Both the position numbers and the translations under genes were made by a program. The notes under the pieces are model-generated. The model was not told where the DNA came from, did not search any database, and worked only from the letters and a program-made list of their open reading frames with translations. A stretch of 63,851 nt of DNA, the filler included, from Actinomycetota bacterium (GTDB lineage: Bacteria; Actinomycetota; Actinomycetes; JAKEEW01): the NCBI GenBank assembly GCA_046725875.1. It is 4 parts of 4 records of this genome, joined end to end, with 100 filler letters (N's around TTAATTAATTAA, not from the genome) between each part and the next. Parts side by side here need not be neighbours in the genome. Positions count along the whole stretch, not along the records: positions 58,439 to 63,851 come from JBKOZJ010000150.1; 3 more parts are not named here. One strand, written 5' to 3'. The first letter of the stretch is position 1. Every line of letters starts with the position of its first letter. Of the stretch, positions 60,021-63,851 are shown one piece after another.

Positions 60021-60135
60021 CTGTCGGGGGCACTTACGACACCCTGAGTGTGCTCTTTCGAACGTTCGTATTGGTGAAACTCCTGGTCAAAGGATCAATG
60101 GGGCCAAGATATTGACGAAGCAACGCTGACGGACA

Positions 60136-61836
60136 TTAGGCGTCCTGTTCGTCGGTGAGCATTGGCCCGCCGGGTGGACAGGCGACGCAGCCCCCGCCGG
60201 AGCGGACGAGCTGGACGGGCTCCTCGGCCTCGGCGATGGGGGCCGGCTGGGTGGCGACGGCTGGCTGTCCACCCGGGGCGACCTCGGAGGCGCCGCGCAC
60301 GCTGCGCAGCCCGACCGTGGCAAGCACCGCGATACCGACCGCGACCGCCGCGCTGATGGCCGCCGTCACCTGCAGCCCCGTGGTGAACGCATCACGGGCC
60401 GAGGCCAGCAGCGCTGTGCCGATGTCGGCGGGCAGCTGCGCAGCCACCCCCACTGCACCACCGAGGGTGTCATGCGCGGCCGCGGCAGCCTCGTTGGGGA
60501 CCCCGGCTGGCAGGCCGTCGGTCAGCTGGGCACGGTAGACGGCCACGCCGATGCTGCCCAGGATCGCGATGCCCAGCCCCCCGCCCAACTCGGCGCCGGT
60601 CTCTGAGATCCCCGACGCCGCCCCCGCCCGCTCGGGTGGGGCCGAGCCGACGATCAGATCGGTCGTTGCGGCGAACACCGGCGCCAATCCCAGCGAGATC
60701 GCCAGCGAGGCGCCCGCGAGGATGCCCAGGTCCGCGTCGGTCGAGCCACCGACTCGGGTGAGCACCACAAGCCCAGCGGCCGCCAAGGCGAGGCCGGCGC
60801 CGGTCACGTAGGCCGGGCGGACCCGGCGCAGGATTCGCGGGGCCAGGTTCGACCCGACGATGAAGCCGGCGGCCGACGGCAGCGACCACAGACCCGCCTC
60901 CAGCGGCGACAAGCCGAGCACCAACTGCAGGTACTGCGCCACAAACAGGAAGTAACCGACTGCGATGAAGATGCTGAGCAGATTGGTAGCCAATGACGTG
61001 TTGAAGGCCCGGACTCTGAACAGCCGAAGGTCGATCAGTGGGTCGGACAGGGTCATCTGCCGATGTGCGAAGAACCCGGCGAAGGCCAGCCCAGCCAGGA
61101 TCGAGAAGACAGCAAGCCACGACATTCCGTTCTGAGCGATCTGTTTGATACCGAAGATCACCATCAGGACGGCGGCCAGCGACATGGCCGCGCTGGGCAG
61201 ATCCAGCCGACCGGTGTCCTGGGCGCGGAACTCGGGGAGTACCCGCGGTCCGAGGATGAGCAGCAGCGCCATCACCGGTACCGCAAGCAGGAACACGGAG
61301 CCCCACCAGAAGTGCTCCAGCAGCACCCCGCCCAGTACCGGGCCGATCGCGCCCCCAGCGGAGAAGCTGGTGATCCAGATCCCGATGGCGACCTGTCGCT
61401 GCCTGAGATCGGCGAACATGCTGAAGATCAGCGCCAGCGTGGCCGGCGCCAGGGTCGCGCCGGCCACGCCCAGTAGCGCCCGGCTGGCGATCAGCATCTC
61501 GGGGGTGGTCGAGAACGCGGCGACCACGGAGACCACACCGAAGGCGGCGCCACCGCCAAGCAGCAAACGACGCCGTCCGATCCGGTCGCCGAGCGTGCCC
61601 ATAGTGATCAGGAACCCCGCGACCATGAACCCGTAGATGTCGGTGATCCACAGCAGCTGGGTACTGCTTGGCCGCAGGTCCTCGCTAATCGCTGGCACGG
61701 CCAAGTGCAGCACAGTCAGATCCATCGCATACAGCAAGCAGGCCAGAGCCAGCACAGCCAGCCCGATCCACTCCCGCCGACCGGCCAGCGGGGACGCCAT
61801 GGCGGTCGTGCCGACTTCCTCGTCGATGGGTCCCAT
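60136..61836 (-). CDS. MFS drug:H+ antiporter (14-TMS DHA2, QacA/SmvA-like)
   Basis: DLTVL.LA.P, GTLGDRIGRRR motif A, GPVLGG..LE...W..VF, AP.ERAG.ASG. Confidence 0.92.
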   Translation of the reverse strand: MGPIDEEVGTTAMASPLAGRREWIGLAVLALACLLYAMDLTVLHLAVPAISEDLRPSSTQLLWITDIYGFMVAGFLITMGTLGDRIGRRRLLLGGGAAFGVVSVVAAFSTTPEMLIASRALLGVAGATLAPATLALIFSMFADLRQRQVAIGIWITSFSAGGAIGPVLGGVLLEHFWWGSVFLLAVPVMALLLILGPRVLPEFRAQDTGRLDLPSAAMSLAAVLMVIFGIKQIAQNGMSWLAVFSILAGLAFAGFFAHRQMTLSDPLIDLRLFRVRAFNTSLATNLLSIFIAVGYFLFVAQYLQLVLGLSPLEAGLWSLPSAAGFIVGSNLAPRILRRVRPAYVTGAGLALAAAGLVVLTRVGGSTDADLGILAGASLAISLGLAPVFAATTDLIVGSAPPERAGAASGISETGAELGGGLGIAILGSIGVAVYRAQLTDGLPAGVPNEAAAAAHDTLGGAVGVAAQLPADIGTALLASARDAFTTGLQVTAAISAAVAVGIAVLATVGLRSVRGASEVAPGGQPAVATQPAPIAEAEEPVQLVRSGGGCVACPPGGPMLTDEQDA

Positions 61837-62364
61837 AAACCTTTCGTCCTCCCGCCTGTCGCGTCACGCTTCGGCTCCCGGCTGTTGCGTCGTGTCGGAA
61901 CAATGGCGGCGGTGGCGATGATGCTTGGATCCTCGCGTCTGCCATTGGTGGAACGTCTAGTCGATCTCCTTGAGGGTCACGTTCATAGCCAGCCGCCACT
62001 CACGCCCTCCCGCCACATCCGGTTGCGTGGGTCTGGCGTTTCCGGCCGACCACGCCATGCACGCTTAGCTTCAACGGAAGAGTCTGGAGGCTCTCGTGGC
62101 ATGGAGTTGAGGCCGACAGCACCTTCGTGATCCAAACGCCGGAAGCGTGGGCTCGTGTCTTGAATACTCCCCCGGATCCCGCGAACTCGGCAATGAGATG
62201 CGACTCGTTGGTATGCCGAAGACCACGAGCGTGTTCGCCAAGGCCTTCAGGGCAGAGCTCACCGTTCCCCCTGAAGGGACGTGTTAGCGGTGGTTGCGAT
62301 CTATCGTCTAAGAGTTCAAGCGCCGGGTTCAACGGCCCCTACGGTCGAATCTGCGGCATCCCTC

Positions 62365-63012
62365 TTAACCCTCGTGTGCCTGCTTCTTGCGGACCTCGGT
62401 GGCCTCCTCGACCGCGAACGAACCGTAGCTAATGCCGCCGGCCCGCTCGTACCGAATCGCGATGACACCGGTACCCGACGTCTTGACGTCTGCCACCTTG
62501 AAGCCGACCGGCATAGCGCCGTCGCCGAACAGGCGCTCTCCCGAACCGAGCACCAGCGGGAACACCAGCAGCGAGAACACGTCGACCAGGTCCAGCTTGA
62601 GCAGCGTCTGAAGCAGGTTCCCGCTGCCTTGCACCTGGATCTCCGGTCCGTCGGACGCTTTGAGCTCGCGCACGTAGTCGGCGACGTCGCCCTTGATCAA
62701 GATCGAGTTCTGCCAGTCGACGCGGTCGAGGGTCCGCGACGCCACATGCTTCGTGGCTTTGTTGAACACGTCGGCTCCCGGCTCGTCCGTGTTCGACCAG
62801 TGCGCCGCGAAGACTTCGTAGGTCTTGCGACCTAGCAGCAGATCGAACGGACGGCCCGTGAGCTCGCCGATGATCTCGTTCATCCGGTCGTCCCAGTATC
62901 CGGTCGACCAACCGCCGTGGTCGACGCCACCGTTCCAGTTCTCGCCAGGGCCGCCGGGCGCCTGCATCACCCCGTCCACGGTCAGGAACTCGTTCACCAC
63001 CAGCTGTCGCAT
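62365..63012 (-). CDS. dihydrofolate reductase/RibD C-terminal domain family protein
   Basis: TVDGVMQAPG, LLGRKTY, QGSGNL, PLVLGSG; AAAGGAG SD. Confidence 0.9.
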   Translation of the reverse strand: MRQLVVNEFLTVDGVMQAPGGPGENWNGGVDHGGWSTGYWDDRMNEIIGELTGRPFDLLLGRKTYEVFAAHWSNTDEPGADVFNKATKHVASRTLDRVDWQNSILIKGDVADYVRELKASDGPEIQVQGSGNLLQTLLKLDLVDVFSLLVFPLVLGSGERLFGDGAMPVGFKVADVKTSGTGVIAIRYERAGGISYGSFAVEEATEVRKKQAHEG

Positions 63013-63310
63013 GGTGCTCCTTTCAGCGCTAGTCCCGTTTCGGCACGAGTCCATGTCGCTCGCCATCGCCGTCGCCGAAACGCAGACGTCACCTGGCGGG
63101 CATGCACGAGACCCAATGCGCAGGTGCCCAGAGGTGTGATCAAGATCGTAGGTCGGTACCTCACGGCGGCATCCCGATCACCTCCTCATTTCGTCGATCG
63201 TTCGATTAGTCTGCAAATTCCATTTGGGGCTTGTCGGCGGACCGAAATCGGCACAAGGCGCTTCTCGCCGTGACCGACACAGGGAGCCTGGCTCGCCAGC
63301 GGGCCAGTGT

Positions 63311-63339
63311 CCAGGCAGCAAACCGGCAAATGACCGGCA
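63311..63339 (-). promoter_or_regulatory. 11-bp-spaced heptamer repeats (SARP-type binding site candidate)
   Basis: CCAGGCA (63311), ACCGGCA (63322), ACCGGCA (63333). Confidence 0.45.
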
Positions 63340-63574
63340 GAATCGGCTCCGACCGGCTGTGGACCGCCAGCCAACCGATGGTGACCTGGAGGAAAGTGGC
63401 GGCCGAGCCGCAACCCCGCAAGCGGGATCGCCGCCGCGGCAACATGAGGCCAGCTGGTCGGTCGCGCACACACCCCGGGAGCGGTATTTGGGAACGGTGG
63501 AGCTATACCGGGCACGGAGCACCAGACTCTACCGGGGCTATCCCGAACCAAGGCAGAACACCCGGCAGCTGCAC

Positions 63575-63851
63575 CGGCAACCGGGCGAGGGCTTGCCGGC
63601 AGTATGCGAGCGCCTCGTCGTGACGGCCGTGCTGAGCGTGCTGCCAGCCGATCGCCGCCTTGAGCGGCCGTGCCTGGCCCGAAATCGTCACCGACGATCC
63701 GGAACAGGCCAAGCGCCAGCCGTGCCTCGCCGTACGCCTCGTCGTGGCGATTCTGGTGTACATCCACCCGTGCGGGGATCAGGTGGCTGTGTCCTTGACC
63801 CGGCGCAGTCATCCAGCTCGCCGAATAGCTCGATCGCCCCCAAATGTGGAC
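63575..63851 (-). pseudogene. TPR-repeat remnant of an AfsR/SARP-like regulator
   Basis: ...QNRHDEAYGEARLALGLFRIVGD, frameshift near 63680, then GQAR..AAIGW.HAQHGRHDEALAYCRQAL. Confidence 0.6.

Noticed and set aside
60057..60073. LexA SOS box (TCGAACGTTCGTATTG)
   Set aside because: The right half deviates from the GTTCGA consensus at the required spacing, and there is no adjacent gene start.
62000..62340. Short ORFs between the MFS and DHFR-like genes
   Set aside because: No motif, SD or coding-like composition in any frame.

Overview
The window is high-GC actinobacterial DNA (class Actinomycetia, probably a draft genome or MAG). It consists of four contigs joined by artificial 100-bp linkers (44 N + TTAATTAATTAA + 44 N). 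Contig 1 (1-14170) holds the end of the S10 operon, the spc operon, secY-adk-map-infA and the alpha operon (rpmJ-rpsM-rpsK-rpsD-rpoA-rplQ-truA). Contig 2 (14271-27469) holds an IolG-like dehydrogenase/GntR pair, ROK glucokinase, an ArsA/Get3-like ATPase with SRPBCC proteins, a fatty acyl-CoA ligase, a GAF histidine kinase/NarL regulator followed by a lone Flp pilin, a membrane spermidine-synthase-like protein and a partial PimB-like glycosyltransferase. Contig 3 (27570-58338) is the conserved lipA-lipB-sucB-lpdA-pepA-gcvT-cobSTU-psp-nadA-erpA-adoK-tusA/cysteine desulfurase-ctaCDF region. Contig 4 (58439-63851) is a decayed accessory region with gene fragments, a tRNA-3'-half att-like scar, a truncated IS481, an MFS pump and a DHFR/RibD-C family gene. 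The protein content is mostly housekeeping. I found no CRISPR array, complete rRNA or tRNA, prophage or defence system, and I cannot claim a clearly new multi-gene system. The most interesting signals are non-coding: a structured element repeated three times inside the alpha operon, a 16S helix-21-like (uS8 site) hairpin before rpsH, two dispersed REP/MITE-like families (one apparently inserted in frame in a CDS), a NarL-type palindrome in front of the Flp pilin, and a CobT homologue lacking its acidic catalytic residues. All family calls come from motif recognition; no database search or folding program was run.
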